A stretch of DNA of 64,000 nucleotides from an uncultured Pseudomonadota bacterium (GTDB taxonomy: Bacteria; Pseudomonadota; Alphaproteobacteria; Rhizobiales; Xanthobacteraceae). Shown in pieces: positions 25,302-37,606 of this stretch (the stretch's first letter is position 1; every line of letters begins with the position of its first letter). The notes under the pieces were generated by a model, which did no database searches, had not been told where the DNA came from, and saw nothing but the letters and a program-made list of their open reading frames with translations. The stretch covers positions 490,894 through 554,893 of the forward strand of contig CAVQBI010000002.1 of assembly GCA_963710705.1 (NCBI GenBank), in the 5' to 3' direction. A program made the translations under genes and the position numbers.

Positions 25302-25838
25302 CTAAGAGCTCAGCGGATAGCTCGCCTCCACCACGTAGGGCCCGCCGCCGATCGAATTGCGCGAGGAAAACAGCACGAAGCGCGAGACCTTGAACCGCGA
25401 GGTGCGGAAAAAGCCGCGCGCCGCCAGATAATCCGCGACGTCGCGGCTGGAGGATTCGCGCAAGCGCGCGAGTGTGACGTGCGGCGTGTACTTGCGCCCT
25501 TCCGGCTCCAGGCCGATGCGCTGCATCAGCCGCTCCTGCTCCGCCTGCACGTCGAGCAAAGCCTGCGCCGGCGATACGTTGGCGACGACCGCGCGCGGCT
25601 TGCGGCCGCCGAACGAGGTCAACCCCTCCATGTGCAGCTCGAAGGCGCCGCGCTTGACGCGGCCGAGCAGCGAGGCGACCTCGTGCGCGGTGATATCGTC
25701 GACGTCGCCGATGAAACGCAGCGTCAGGTGATAGTTCTCCGGATCGATCCAGCGCGCGCCCGGCAGGCCGCCGCGCAGCGAGGACAGCGCCTGTCCGACA
25801 TCGGAGGGAATTTCGAGTCCGGTGAAGAGACGCGGCAT
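25302..25838 (-). CDS. thpR: RNA 2',3'-cyclic phosphodiesterase (2H family, LigT/ThpR)
   Basis: MPRLFTGLEIP...HLTLRFIG...HVTLARL contains the two H-x-T/S-x motifs of the 2H phosphoesterase fold. Confidence 0.88.
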   Translation of the reverse strand: MPRLFTGLEIPSDVGQALSSLRGGLPGARWIDPENYHLTLRFIGDVDDITAHEVASLLGRVKRGAFELHMEGLTSFGGRKPRAVVANVSPAQALLDVQAEQERLMQRIGLEPEGRKYTPHVTLARLRESSSRDVADYLAARGFFRTSRFKVSRFVLFSSRNSIGGGPYVVEASYPLSS

Positions 25839-25856
25839 GGCAGTCACTTTTTTTCT

Positions 25857-26549
25857 TTACGACCCGCGCGCGGCACGTACGCGGGCAATCAGCGTCTCAA
25901 CCTGCGGCAGGATACGCGCCACGATCACGTCCACGCCGGCCGCGGTCGGGTGCAGGCCATCGGCTTGATTGAGTTTCGCATCGGTGACCACGCCGGCGAG
26001 GAAGAATGGATAAAAGACGACCGGATGAGTCGAGGCAAGCGCCGGGTAGATGGCGTCGAAGGCATGGTCATAGTCGGCGCCCAGATTGCGCATCGCCTTC
26101 ATGCCGGCGAGCAAGACAGGAATGTGACGGCTCGCGAGCTTGCCGAGAATCTGGTCGAGCGCGGCCTTGGTTGCCGCAGGATCGATGCCGCGCAACATGT
26201 CGTTGGCGCCGAGCTCGACGATCACCGCATCGGTTCCGTCCGGCACCGACCAGTCGAGCCGGGCCAGCCCGCCCGCAGCGGTATCGCCGGACACCCCGGC
26301 ATTGGCGATCGTCACCGCGCTACCCTTCTTCTGCAGCGCGCGCGCTAGCTTGGCCGGAAAAGTGGCATCGGCCGACAGACCGAAACCGGCGGTGAGCGAA
26401 TCGCCGAGCGCCACGATCTTCACCGGCCGGTCGGCTGCCCGCGCGAGCGCGGGGGCGAGCAGGCAAAAGGTTGCGACCAGCAGGGCAGCCAGCCGCTGGA
26501 CCGGGGCCCGCCTGTTCCCATATGAGGGTGCGGAACGGTGAACCGACAT
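25857..26549 (-). CDS. SGNH/GDSL arylesterase-lysophospholipase (TesA-like), secreted
   Basis: It has a signal peptide (...LLAPALARAADRP), then IVALGDSLTAG (block I) and ...DGLHPT (block V). It starts at ATG 26549. The upstream 135 codons of the track ORF run antisense into the ABC ATPase gene. Confidence 0.88.
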   Translation of the reverse strand: MSVHRSAPSYGNRRAPVQRLAALLVATFCLLAPALARAADRPVKIVALGDSLTAGFGLSADATFPAKLARALQKKGSAVTIANAGVSGDTAAGGLARLDWSVPDGTDAVIVELGANDMLRGIDPAATKAALDQILGKLASRHIPVLLAGMKAMRNLGADYDHAFDAIYPALASTHPVVFYPFFLAGVVTDAKLNQADGLHPTAAGVDVIVARILPQVETLIARVRAARGS

Positions 26550-27303
26550 GAATAAAAACTCCCAGGCGGGACCGGCGATTGCGCTTGCCGGCGTCAATCT
26601 CTCGCTCGGGCAAGGCGCCGCCCGCGTCCATATCCTCAAAGACATCGGTCTCAATATAGGTGCTGGCGAAGCGGTTGGCTTGGTCGGGCCTTCCGGTTCC
26701 GGCAAGTCGACGCTGCTGATGGTGATGGCCGGACTGGAGCGGCCCGACAGCGGGACGGTGACGGTTGCCGGCGAGGACTTGCGTGCACTCGACGAGGATG
26801 CGCTGGCGCGCTTCCGCGGCCGCCAGGTCGGCATCGTGTTCCAGTCGTTCCACCTGATCCCGACCATGACGGCGCTGGAAAACGTCGCGGTGCCGCTGGA
26901 ACTGGCGGGCGTCGATGACGCGCAGGCGCGCGCGCAGGAGGAACTCGCCGCCATGGGTTTGGCGGATCGCTTGCAGCATTATCCAGCGCAGCTTTCCGGC
27001 GGCGAGCAGCAGCGCGTGGCGATTGCCCGCGCGCTCGCGCCCAATCCGGCCATCGTGGTGGCTGACGAGCCGACCGGCAATCTCGACGAGGACACCGGCC
27101 AGCAGATCATCGATCTGTTGTTCGCCGGGCACGCGCGGCGCGGCTCGACGCTGGTGCTGGTGACGCACGACGCGGCGCTGGCCGCGCGCTGCGGACGCGT
27201 CGTGCGGCTGCGCTCGGGGCGGATCGATTCTTCTTCTACCTCCCCCTGGGAGGGGGAGGTCGGCGAACGAAGTTCGCCGGGTGGGGGTCAGCATGCGAGA
27301 TGA
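26548..27303 (+). CDS. ABC transporter ATP-binding protein (YbbA/LolD-like)
   Basis: It has [11 protein letters not shown] (Walker A), [15 protein letters not shown] (signature) and [12 protein letters not shown] (Walker B). The last ~21 codons ([21 protein letters not shown]) are read from repeat P1 copy 2. Confidence 0.9.
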   Translation: MNKNSQAGPAIALAGVNLSLGQGAARVHILKDIGLNIGAGEAVGLVGPSGSGKSTLLMVMAGLERPDSGTVTVAGEDLRALDEDALARFRGRQVGIVFQSFHLIPTMTALENVAVPLELAGVDDAQARAQEELAAMGLADRLQHYPAQLSGGEQQRVAIARALAPNPAIVVADEPTGNLDEDTGQQIIDLLFAGHARRGSTLVLVTHDAALAARCGRVVRLRSGRIDSSSTSPWEGEVGERSSPGGGQHAR

Positions 27304-27363
27304 CCCCACCCGACCCGCCGTCGCCTACGCGCCGGCAGGCCACCCTCCCCTTTCAGGGGAGGG
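27239..27363. repeat. nested-palindrome intergenic repeat, family P1, copy 2
   Basis: The element reads cctccccctgggagggggagg...ggtgggggtca-gcatgcgaga-tgaccccacc...ccctcccctttcaggggaggg. It sits exactly on the ABC ATPase/permease junction. Confidence 0.8.
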
Positions 27364-29926
27364 AAAAGGAAGAGGCGGGCATTGGCTGCCGTTGCGCTTT
27401 GCCTGGCGCGAGATGCGCGGCGGCTTGCGCGGCTTCTACGTGTTCGTCGCCTGCATCGCGCTCGGATCGATGGCGATCGCCGGCGTCGGCTCGGTGGCGG
27501 CAAGTCTTGCGGATGGTTTGTCGCGGCAGGGCCAGGTGATCCTCGGCGGCGACCTGTCGTTCGAACTGGTGCAGCGCCAGGCGTCGCCGGACGAATTGGC
27601 GTTTTTTGACAGCCACGGAAAAGTTTCGAGTGCCGCCACCATGCGCGCCATGGCACGTACCTCGGCGCGCGCCGCGGGCGGCGACGCCGCGCTGGTCGAG
27701 ATGAAGGCGGTCGACAATGCCTATCCGCTGTTCGGCACGGTCACGCTCGATCCGCCGCAAGCGCTCGACTCCGCGCTGGCGCAACGCGACGGCGCCTATG
27801 GCGCGGTCGCCGACCCGACGCTGCTGACGCGGCTCAACATCAAGCCGGGCGCGCGGCTGATGATCGGCGACGCCACGTTCGAAGTGCGCGCCGCGCTGAC
27901 CAGCGAGCCCGACAAACTCGCCAGCGGCATCGGCTTCGGCCCGCGCCTGCTGGTCAGCCAGGCGGGCCTGCGCGCCACCAGCCTGTTGCAGCCGGGCAGC
28001 CTGGTGCATTGGCATTACCGCCTGCGGCTGCCGGAAAACGACACGACCAATCAGGCGGCGCAGAACGTGTCGACGCAAGCGCATGCGCAGTTTCCGCAAG
28101 CCGGCTGGGACATCCGCACGCGCTCGAAAGCCTCGCCGCAACTCGAGCAGGACATCGAGCGTTTCACGCAATTCCTGACCATCGTCGGCCTGACCGCGCT
28201 TTTGGTCGGCGGCGTCGGCGTCGGCAACGCGGTGAAGAGCCATCTCGACCGGCGGCGCGACACCATCGCTACCATGAAGGCGCTGGGCGCCAGCGGCGCG
28301 CGGGTGTTCAGCATATATCTCACACAAGTGCTGCTGCTTGCCGCCGTTGGCGGGGCGATCGGCATGATGCTAGGCGCCGTGCTGCCCTACCTCGTGCATT
28401 GGAGCTTCGGCAAGTTGATCCCGCTGCCGATCGTGCCGGCGGTGCATGCCAGCGAGCTGGCGCTGGCGCTGGTCTACGGCCTGCTCACCGCATTGGCGTT
28501 TGCGCTGTGGCCACTCGGCCGCGCACACGATGTGCCGGTCGGCGAGCTGTTTCGCGACACGGTGGCGCCACAGCCACGCTGGCCGCGCAAGATCTACATG
28601 GCCCTCACGGCCGCCGCCGTGCTCACATTGGTCACGCTTGCCGTGCTGCTCGCCTATGACCGGCGCGTGGCGCTCATCTATGTCGGCACGGCCGCGGCGG
28701 TGTTCGTGCTGCTGCGGCTGGTGGCGGCGCTGCTGATGTTTATCGCGCGCCGCGCGCCGCGCGCCAGCTCGACCGCCCTACGCATGGCGGTTGCCAATAT
28801 CCACCGGCCGGGCGCGCTGACGCCGACCATCGTGCTGTCGCTGGGCTTAGGGATAGCGCTGTTGGTGACGGTGATCGAGATCGACGGCAATCTGCGCCGG
28901 GAATTCTCCGCCGAGCTGCCGGCGAAGGCGCCGTCGTTCTACTTCCTCGACATTCCGTCCGACCATGCCGCCGCGTTCAACGACTTCCTGCGCGCGCAGG
29001 CGCCCGGCGCCAAAATGGAAGAAGTGCCGATGCTGCGCGGCCGCATCATCTCGGCCAATGGCATCCCTGCGGAGAAAATCAAGCCGAGCGACGACGCCGC
29101 CTGGGTGCTGCAAAGCGACCGCGGCATCACCTATGCCGACGATGTGCCGAAAGGCTCGCGGCTGGTCGAGGGGCAATGGTGGAAGCCGGACTATGACGGG
29201 CCGCCTTTGGTGTCGTTCGAGAAGAAGATCGCCGACGGCCTCGGCCTCAAGCTCGGCGACGAGGTCACCGTCAACGTGCTCGGCCGCGACATCAGCGCCC
29301 GCATCGCCAATATGCGGAGGGTCGATTGGCAAAGTCTGAGCATCAATTTTGTGATGGTGTTCTCCCCCCACGCCTTCCGCGGCGCGCCGCACTCGCGGCT
29401 CGCTACGCTCACTTATCCGAACGGCGGCAATGCTGCGCAGGAAGGCGCACTGATCGGGGCTGCCGCCAAGGCCTTCCCCATGGTCACCACGCTGCGCGTG
29501 AAGGACGCGCTGGAAGCGATCGGCTCGATCGTCGCCAACCTGGTGCTGGCGATCGACGGCGCCAGCGCCGTCACGCTCATCGCCGCCGCGCTGGTGCTGG
29601 GCGGCGCGCTGGCCGCAGGCCACCGTCATCGCGTCTATGACGCAGTGATCCTGAAGACACTGGGCGCCACGCGCGCGCGGCTGATCGGCGCCTACACCAT
29701 CGAATATCTGCTGCTGGGCGTCGCCACCGCGCTGTTCGGCGTGTTGAGCGGTTCGCTCGCCGGCTGGCTGATCGTGACCGACCTCATGCATCTGCGCTTT
29801 GCCTGGCTGCCGCTGCCCGCGCTCGCCGCAGCCGCCGGGGCGGTCGCGGTGACGGTCGCGCTCGGGCTCGCCGGCACCTTCAGCGCGCTCGGGCAAAAGC
29901 CCGCTTCCGTATTGAGAAATCTATAG
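27281..29926 (+). CDS. ABC transporter permease, FtsX-like with two MacB-type halves (YbbP-like)
   Basis: The ~880-aa ORF has [25 protein letters not shown] near the N-terminus, as in YbbP homologs. The start is uncertain: GTG 27281 or ATG 27293 lie inside the repeat, and CTG 27386 or TTG 27392 lie just after it. Confidence 0.88.
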   Translation: MGVSMRDDPTRPAVAYAPAGHPPLSGEGKGRGGHWLPLRFAWREMRGGLRGFYVFVACIALGSMAIAGVGSVAASLADGLSRQGQVILGGDLSFELVQRQASPDELAFFDSHGKVSSAATMRAMARTSARAAGGDAALVEMKAVDNAYPLFGTVTLDPPQALDSALAQRDGAYGAVADPTLLTRLNIKPGARLMIGDATFEVRAALTSEPDKLASGIGFGPRLLVSQAGLRATSLLQPGSLVHWHYRLRLPENDTTNQAAQNVSTQAHAQFPQAGWDIRTRSKASPQLEQDIERFTQFLTIVGLTALLVGGVGVGNAVKSHLDRRRDTIATMKALGASGARVFSIYLTQVLLLAAVGGAIGMMLGAVLPYLVHWSFGKLIPLPIVPAVHASELALALVYGLLTALAFALWPLGRAHDVPVGELFRDTVAPQPRWPRKIYMALTAAAVLTLVTLAVLLAYDRRVALIYVGTAAAVFVLLRLVAALLMFIARRAPRASSTALRMAVANIHRPGALTPTIVLSLGLGIALLVTVIEIDGNLRREFSAELPAKAPSFYFLDIPSDHAAAFNDFLRAQAPGAKMEEVPMLRGRIISANGIPAEKIKPSDDAAWVLQSDRGITYADDVPKGSRLVEGQWWKPDYDGPPLVSFEKKIADGLGLKLGDEVTVNVLGRDISARIANMRRVDWQSLSINFVMVFSPHAFRGAPHSRLATLTYPNGGNAAQEGALIGAAAKAFPMVTTLRVKDALEAIGSIVANLVLAIDGASAVTLIAAALVLGGALAAGHRHRVYDAVILKTLGATRARLIGAYTIEYLLLGVATALFGVLSGSLAGWLIVTDLMHLRFAWLPLPALAAAAGAVAVTVALGLAGTFSALGQKPASVLRNL

Positions 29927-30125
29927 TTTTGCGGCATTCCGCCGCCCCCCGGCATGGGCTATAGTGGCGTCACTTGATCATTAACGATCCGCAATCATGC
30001 CAGGTCATGATCGCGCCATATCTGGCACCAAGGCTCAGCGCACACTAGATTCCGCCCATGCGCGCGACGGTTCAGCCGGCGCGCCGATCTGACCACCCCC
30101 AGGGGGGACAAGAGAGGTAACTTCG

Positions 30126-30887
30126 ATGTCGGACTTCGACCGTAACATTTCCGCCCGCCGGGGCTTCGGCGCCCAGCAGGCCGCCGCGATCGATGTAGGC
30201 CTGCGCGCCTACATGCTTCGCGTCTATAACTACATGGCCGCGGGCGTGGCGCTCACCGGCGTCGTGTCGTGGCTGACTTACAGCGCCGCCGTCGTGACCG
30301 ACGCGGCCGGCCATATCACCGGGCTGACGCCGTTCGGCCAGGCGATCTTCGGCGGACCGCTGACCATCGTGCTGTTCCTCGGCACGCTCGGCATCGTGTT
30401 CTTCATGAGCTTCCGCATCAACACGCTGCAGCCGAGCACCGCGCTCGCCCTGTTTCTGCTCTATGCCGGATTGCTCGGGCTGATGCTGTCATCGGTGTTC
30501 CTCGCCTATACCGGCGCGTCGATCACCCGCACCTTCTTCATCTCGGCGGCCTCGTTCGGCGCGCTTAGCCTCTACGGCTACTCGACGCAGCGCGATCTCT
30601 CGCCGATCGGCTCGTTCCTGGTGATGGGCCTGTTCGGCCTGATCCTGGCGATGATCGTCAACATCTTCCTCAAGAGCACCGGGCTCGATTTCGCGATCTC
30701 GGCGATCGGCGTGCTGATCTTCGCAGGCCTGACCGCCTGGGATACCCAGCGCATCAAGGAGATGTACAGCGCCAACGACGACGGCACCATCGCCGGCCGC
30801 AAGGCGGTGATGGGCGCGCTCGCGCTCTATCTCGACTTCATCAACCTGTTCCTGTTCCTGCTGCGCTTTATGGGCGACCGCCGCTAA
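30126..30887 (+). CDS. Bax inhibitor-1 / YccA-family membrane protein
   Basis: The 253-aa protein has 7 TM segments, begins ...RAYMLRVYNYMAAGVALTG... and ends ...ALALYLDFINLFLFLLRFMG, typical of the BI-1 family. Confidence 0.9.
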   Translation: MSDFDRNISARRGFGAQQAAAIDVGLRAYMLRVYNYMAAGVALTGVVSWLTYSAAVVTDAAGHITGLTPFGQAIFGGPLTIVLFLGTLGIVFFMSFRINTLQPSTALALFLLYAGLLGLMLSSVFLAYTGASITRTFFISAASFGALSLYGYSTQRDLSPIGSFLVMGLFGLILAMIVNIFLKSTGLDFAISAIGVLIFAGLTAWDTQRIKEMYSANDDGTIAGRKAVMGALALYLDFINLFLFLLRFMGDRR

Positions 30888-30911
30888 GCGTAAGCCGACA
30901 GCAACGAAACG

Positions 30912-30945
30912 AACGCCCCGGCCTAGTGCCGGGGCGTTTTGTTTT
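30912..30945 (+). terminator. rho-independent terminator after the BI-1 gene
   Basis: The stem aacgccccggc / gccggggcgtt has a 5-nt loop and is followed by TTTTGTTTT. Confidence 0.8.
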
Positions 30946-30962
30946 GCTAGCGTGCGCGGCGC

Positions 30963-31484
30963 ATGGGCCTTGTCATTCGTCCCGCCACGACCGCCGATAT
31001 TCCGGCCATCACCCGCATCTACGCGCATGCGGTCGAAACCGGCACCGCCTCGTTCGAGCTGGAGTCGCCGGACGAAAGCGAAATGCGCAAACGGATGCAG
31101 ACGCTGCTCGACGGCAAGTTTCCGTATTTCGTGGCCGAGATCGACGGCATGGTCGCCGGCTACGCCTACGCCTCGCCCTACCGCACGCGGCCGGCCTATC
31201 GCTACACAGTCGAGGATTCCGTCTATGTCGCGCCGCATAGCCATCGCCGGGGTGTCGGCAAAGCCCTGCTTCTCAAGCTGATCGAGGTCTGCACCGCGCG
31301 CGGTTTCCGGCAAATGATCGCGGTGATCGGCGATTCAAACCAGCCGGCATCGATCGGCGTGCACAAGGCCTGCGGCTTCGAGGCCGCGGGCAACCTCAAG
31401 AGCATCGGCTGGAAATTCGGCCGCTGGCTCGACACGCCGCTGATGCAGCGCGCGCTCGGCCCCGGCGCGACGACGGAGCCATAA
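30963..31484 (+). CDS. GNAT N-acetyltransferase, phosphinothricin/methionine-sulfoximine acetyltransferase-like
   Basis: IRPATTADIPAITRIYAHAVETGTASFE...YVAPHSHRRGVGKALL...HKACGFEAAGNLKSIGWKFGRWLD matches the PAT-family pattern. Confidence 0.85.
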   Translation: MGLVIRPATTADIPAITRIYAHAVETGTASFELESPDESEMRKRMQTLLDGKFPYFVAEIDGMVAGYAYASPYRTRPAYRYTVEDSVYVAPHSHRRGVGKALLLKLIEVCTARGFRQMIAVIGDSNQPASIGVHKACGFEAAGNLKSIGWKFGRWLDTPLMQRALGPGATTEP

Positions 31485-31489
31485 AATTT

Positions 31490-31584
31490 CCGCTCATTCC
31501 CGCGTAAGCGGGAATCGAGAGCCACAAGAATTGACTCTGGAAATTGCCCGCCCCTGGGTCCCCGCCTTCGCGGGGACGAGCGGT
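31490..31584. repeat. paired REP-like hairpin element, family P2, copy C (inverted orientation)
   Basis: The element reads ccgctcattcccgcgtaagcgggaatcga, then ~35 nt, then ctgggtccccgccttcgcggggacgagcgg. It lies between convergent genes. Confidence 0.85.
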
Positions 31585-31589
31585 GGAGA

Positions 31590-31970
31590 TCAGTTCACCA
31601 CCATCAGCTGCGATTTATCGATCGCGCGCAGCACGCGGTCGAGCTCGTGGCCGCGGCGCACGATCAGACCGGTGGCCGAAATCACGCTATAGGCGCCCTG
31701 GCGGCGCGACAGCTTCGGATTTTTTTCGATGCGGTAGAGCGGGACTTCGGAACTGCGGCGGAACACCGAAAATACCGCGCGATCTTTCAGAAAATCGATG
31801 GCGTAATCGCGCCATTCGCCGGCGGCAACCTTGCGGCCGTAAAGATCGAGAATGCGCTTGAGCTCGCGGCGGCTGAAGGTCACTTGGTTTGCGGGGGCGG
31901 GAGCGACACGCGCCGGGGCTCCACCCCCGAGGGACTGGCTGGGATCGACTTCGCCGGACTCGTAGGTCAT
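31590..31970 (-). CDS. DUF2794-family protein
   Basis: An ATG at 31970 follows AAGGAGG. VTFSRRELKRILDLYGRKVAAGEWRDYAIDFLKDRAVFSVFRRSSEVPLYRIEK matches the conserved alphaproteobacterial DUF2794 core. Confidence 0.75.
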   Translation of the reverse strand: MTYESGEVDPSQSLGGGAPARVAPAPANQVTFSRRELKRILDLYGRKVAAGEWRDYAIDFLKDRAVFSVFRRSSEVPLYRIEKNPKLSRRQGAYSVISATGLIVRRGHELDRVLRAIDKSQLMVVN

Positions 31971-32280
31971 ACGGCGCCTCCTTTGCTTAATTGTCATGAT
32001 CGCGCCATGTGGCGGGGACGGCAAGAGCCTCGCGAACCGGGAAAAATGCGCGAAAACGCAGCAAAAACAGAGGTCCGGCGATCACGAAGACGTTAAAGGG
32101 CCCCACAATAACGCCCAATTTCGGTCAATCGCCCGACATGCTGGGGACCGATAACGGCACCGTTGCCTCAAGGCCCGGTCCGGTTTGGGACCCGGATTCC
32201 TCAGCCCCCCAGCCCCCCGGGGCTCAGCCGACCGGGCCAATTGAGTTCCGCGTAACGGTTCAATCCCCTGATTACCCTCC

Positions 32281-32312
32281 GGGCCGGCTTGTATCGCCGG
32301 CCCAATTTTTTT
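32281..32312 (+). terminator. orphan plus-strand rho-independent terminator (no plus-strand gene upstream)
   Basis: The stem gggccggc / gccggccc has a 7-nt loop, followed by AA and then seven T (32306-32312). On the minus strand there would be no U-tract. Confidence 0.6.
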
Positions 32313-32336
32313 GGCGAAACGGTAACGCCTCGATCC

Positions 32337-32472
32337 GTCATCCTGAGGTGCGAGCCAACGGGTCCGCGCGAAGCGCGGCCCGATGATAAACTCCGCGAGC
32401 CTCGAAGGATGAACGGCCAGGGCTGTCGCCCTTCGAGGCTCGTCGCATTCGCGACGAGCACCTCAGGGTGAC
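32337..32472. repeat. 136-bp multi-hairpin MITE-like element, family P4
   Basis: The terminal inverted repeats are gtcatcctgaggtgc and gcacctcagggtgac. There is an internal perfect 12-bp inverted repeat gagcctcgaagg / ccttcgaggctc plus smaller hairpins. Confidence 0.7.
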
Positions 32473-32496
32473 GAACTAAGTCGGAATTCTTTGATG

Positions 32497-33261
32497 CTAA
32501 TGCAGCGTTGCGGTGGCGGCGCCGAGCATCACGCCGGGCTCGGCGGCGACGCCGCTTTGCACGATCACCGCGAGATGGTCGACATCACTCAGTGAAAAAC
32601 TGCCGTTAGCCACCTGGCTGACCGGCAGCGTGAACGTCTGCGCCTGCCCGTTCCAGTCGCCGAGCTTCACCCAGCGCCGCACCACGTTGTAGTAGTTCAG
32701 CGTGTGCCCGCTGTTTTCGCCGCGCCCGACGGCGACGCTCGTCTTGTCGGTGATCGGGCACAGCCAGACTTCGCCGCTGGTGTGGCTATCGCTGGCGGCC
32801 GGCACCTGCACGGTCACTTTGCCGTCGGCCACCGTCATGGACACCGGCAAAGTGAGTGGCGCGTCATCGCGGCGCGTGCGCGCGATCGCGCCCTCGATTG
32901 CCGCCTTGTCGCTGCCCAGCACGTGCGCGACGCCGTTGACCACGACCTGCGGCGTATAGACTTCGCGGTCGCCGCGCGCGTTGGCGTAGGCGCGCTCGCG
33001 GCTGGAATGGCCGTGCAGCGCCAGCGTGTCCTTCCAGCCGAGATAGTCCCAATAATCGACCGGCAGGCTCATCGTCACCAGCGACGGATCCTTCGCCAGC
33101 TCGCCCATCAGCCGGTCGGCCGGCGGGCAGGACGAACAGCCTTGGCTGGTGAACAGCTCGACGACGGCCCGCGGCTCGCCCGCGAGAGCCTGCGTCGTGA
33201 ATGCGGCGCCGGCAAGCGTGGCGGCAAGCGCGATGTGTTGGGCGATGCGGCGGTAGCTCAT
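32497..33261 (-). CDS. DUF1223-family secreted thioredoxin-fold protein
   Basis: It has a signal peptide (...TQALAGEPR), then VVELFTSQGCSSCPPADRL, which is characteristic of DUF1223. Confidence 0.85.
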   Translation of the reverse strand: MSYRRIAQHIALAATLAGAAFTTQALAGEPRAVVELFTSQGCSSCPPADRLMGELAKDPSLVTMSLPVDYWDYLGWKDTLALHGHSSRERAYANARGDREVYTPQVVVNGVAHVLGSDKAAIEGAIARTRRDDAPLTLPVSMTVADGKVTVQVPAASDSHTSGEVWLCPITDKTSVAVGRGENSGHTLNYYNVVRRWVKLGDWNGQAQTFTLPVSQVANGSFSLSDVDHLAVIVQSGVAAEPGVMLGAATATLH

Positions 33262-33351
33262 ATTTGCACTCACGGGCCCCCTTGCCCGACGGCGCAACTT
33301 ATAGGCTGCGCCGCCGATCACCCGCCACTCACTTCGCGGTGAGCAAAAACC

Positions 33352-36072
<2,721 letters not shown>

Positions 36073-36289
36073 TCCCCGGCGCGGGGAGATCGGCGGGTCT
36101 GGGCATAAGCGATTGAAAAGACGGGGGTCTTTTTGGCGGCGCCCCTTACGCCCGAAAACCTTTTCGTAACACCGCCGACGCGGGCTTATAAGGTCTTTTC
36201 GTCGCGGACGCCACTTTTACCGGGTCGTTGCCAAAGATGCGCGGAAATTCGGGGTTTTTAGCGCCAGGCCCGGCCGGGCGGCCGGCCTG

Positions 36290-36892
36290 ATGCGGCTCTC
36301 GGGCGAAAACCTCACCTGCGTGCGTGGCGGCCGCGAGGTGTTCCGCGGGCTGAGCTTCAGCCTCCACTCCGGCGAGGCGCTGCTGGTGACCGGGAGGAAC
36401 GGCGCCGGCAAATCCTCGCTGTTGCGCATGATCGCCGGACTGGTGCGCATCGACGCGGGAACGCTCGCGCTCGAAGGCGCCGAGCAGGAGGCGCTGATCG
36501 GCGAGCAGTCGCATTACCTCGGCCATCTCGACGCGCTCAAGCCGGCGCTGACGGTTGCCGAAAATTTGCAGTTTTGGGCGGAGTTCCTCGGGCCCGCAAG
36601 CGGCGATGTCGCGCCCGCTTTGGCGGCGGTCGATTTGGCCGCGCTCGCCGGACTGCCGGCGGCCTATTTGTCGGCGGGGCAGCGCCGGCGGCTGTCGATC
36701 GCGCGGCTGGTCGCGGTGCCGCGCACGATCTGGCTACTGGATGAGCCGACCTCGGCGCTCGACGCCGCTTCGCAGACGCGGCTCGCCAACCTGATGCGGC
36801 GGCATTTGGGCTCCGGCGGCATGATCGTCGCCGCGGCGCACGGCGCCATCGGGCTTGAGCGCGCGCGCGAACTGCAGATGGGGCAGCAATGA
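36290..36892 (+). CDS. ccmA: heme exporter ATP-binding protein CcmA
   Basis: GRNGAGKSSLLRMIAGL is Walker A and LSAGQRRRLSIARL is the signature motif. It is the first gene of ccmABCDG, and its stop overlaps the ccmB ATG (ATGA). Confidence 0.92.
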   Translation: MRLSGENLTCVRGGREVFRGLSFSLHSGEALLVTGRNGAGKSSLLRMIAGLVRIDAGTLALEGAEQEALIGEQSHYLGHLDALKPALTVAENLQFWAEFLGPASGDVAPALAAVDLAALAGLPAAYLSAGQRRRLSIARLVAVPRTIWLLDEPTSALDAASQTRLANLMRRHLGSGGMIVAAAHGAIGLERARELQMGQQ

Positions 36893-37557
36893 CGGCATTT
36901 GTTGCGCTGATGTTGCGTGACATGCGGCTCGCAGTGCGCGTCGGCGGCGGCGCGTTGATGGGAGCGTTGTTCTTTTTGATCGTGGTGGTGATGGTGCCAT
37001 TCGCGGTCGGACCCGATCTCAATCTCTTGGCGCGCATCGGCCCGGCCATCCTGTGGCTGGGCGCGCTGCTGGCGAGCCTGCTGGCGCTCGACCGCCTGTT
37101 CGCGACCGACTACGAGGACGGCTCGCTCGATCTGCTGATGACGTCGCCGATGCCGTTGGAACTTGCGGTGGCCGCAAAAGCGATCGCGCATTGGCTGACG
37201 ACGGGATTGCCGCTGGTGGTGATCGCGCCGCTGCTGGGGCTGATGCTCAATGTCGAATTGAACGCCATGGGCGCGCTGATGCTGACGCTCGCCGCCGGCA
37301 CGCCGGCTTTGACGTTCATCGGCCTGATCGGCGCTGCGCTGTCGGTCGCGTTGCGGCGCGGCGGTCTGCTGCTGGCGGTGCTGGTGCTGCCGCTGACGAT
37401 CCCCGTGCTGATCTTCGGTGTGGCGGCGGCGGGCGCGGCGATCACCGGGCCCACGCCCTTCGGCCCACCTTTCACCATTCTTTGCGCGCTCAGTTTGATG
37501 AGTTTCGTGGTGGGGCCGTTCGCAGCGGCGGCCGCGCTGCGTTACGGACTGGAGTGA
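36889..37557 (+). CDS. ccmB: heme exporter membrane protein CcmB
   Basis: The 222-aa hydrophobic protein has ...FAVGPDLNLLARIGPAILWLGALLASLLALDRLF..., the CcmB pattern. Confidence 0.93.
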   Translation: MTAFVALMLRDMRLAVRVGGGALMGALFFLIVVVMVPFAVGPDLNLLARIGPAILWLGALLASLLALDRLFATDYEDGSLDLLMTSPMPLELAVAAKAIAHWLTTGLPLVVIAPLLGLMLNVELNAMGALMLTLAAGTPALTFIGLIGAALSVALRRGGLLLAVLVLPLTIPVLIFGVAAAGAAITGPTPFGPPFTILCALSLMSFVVGPFAAAAALRYGLE

Positions 37558-37606
37558 GCGTCATGTCCGCATTGCCCCATCGCCGGCGCCAGACTAGATA
37601 ACCGCC

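Noticed and set aside
25857-26954. The track gives a 365-aa extended version of the esterase ORF.
   Set aside because: The N-terminal 135 codons run antisense through the ABC ATPase gene. The signal peptide and the GDSL motif begin right after the internal ATG at 26549.
32255-32280. The string ggttcaatcccc in the 32-kb gap resembles a tRNA or tmRNA T-loop.
   Set aside because: The flanking bases do not form a T-stem (aacgg versus ccctg). There is no acceptor stem, D-arm or CCA context, and I could not fold a cloverleaf.
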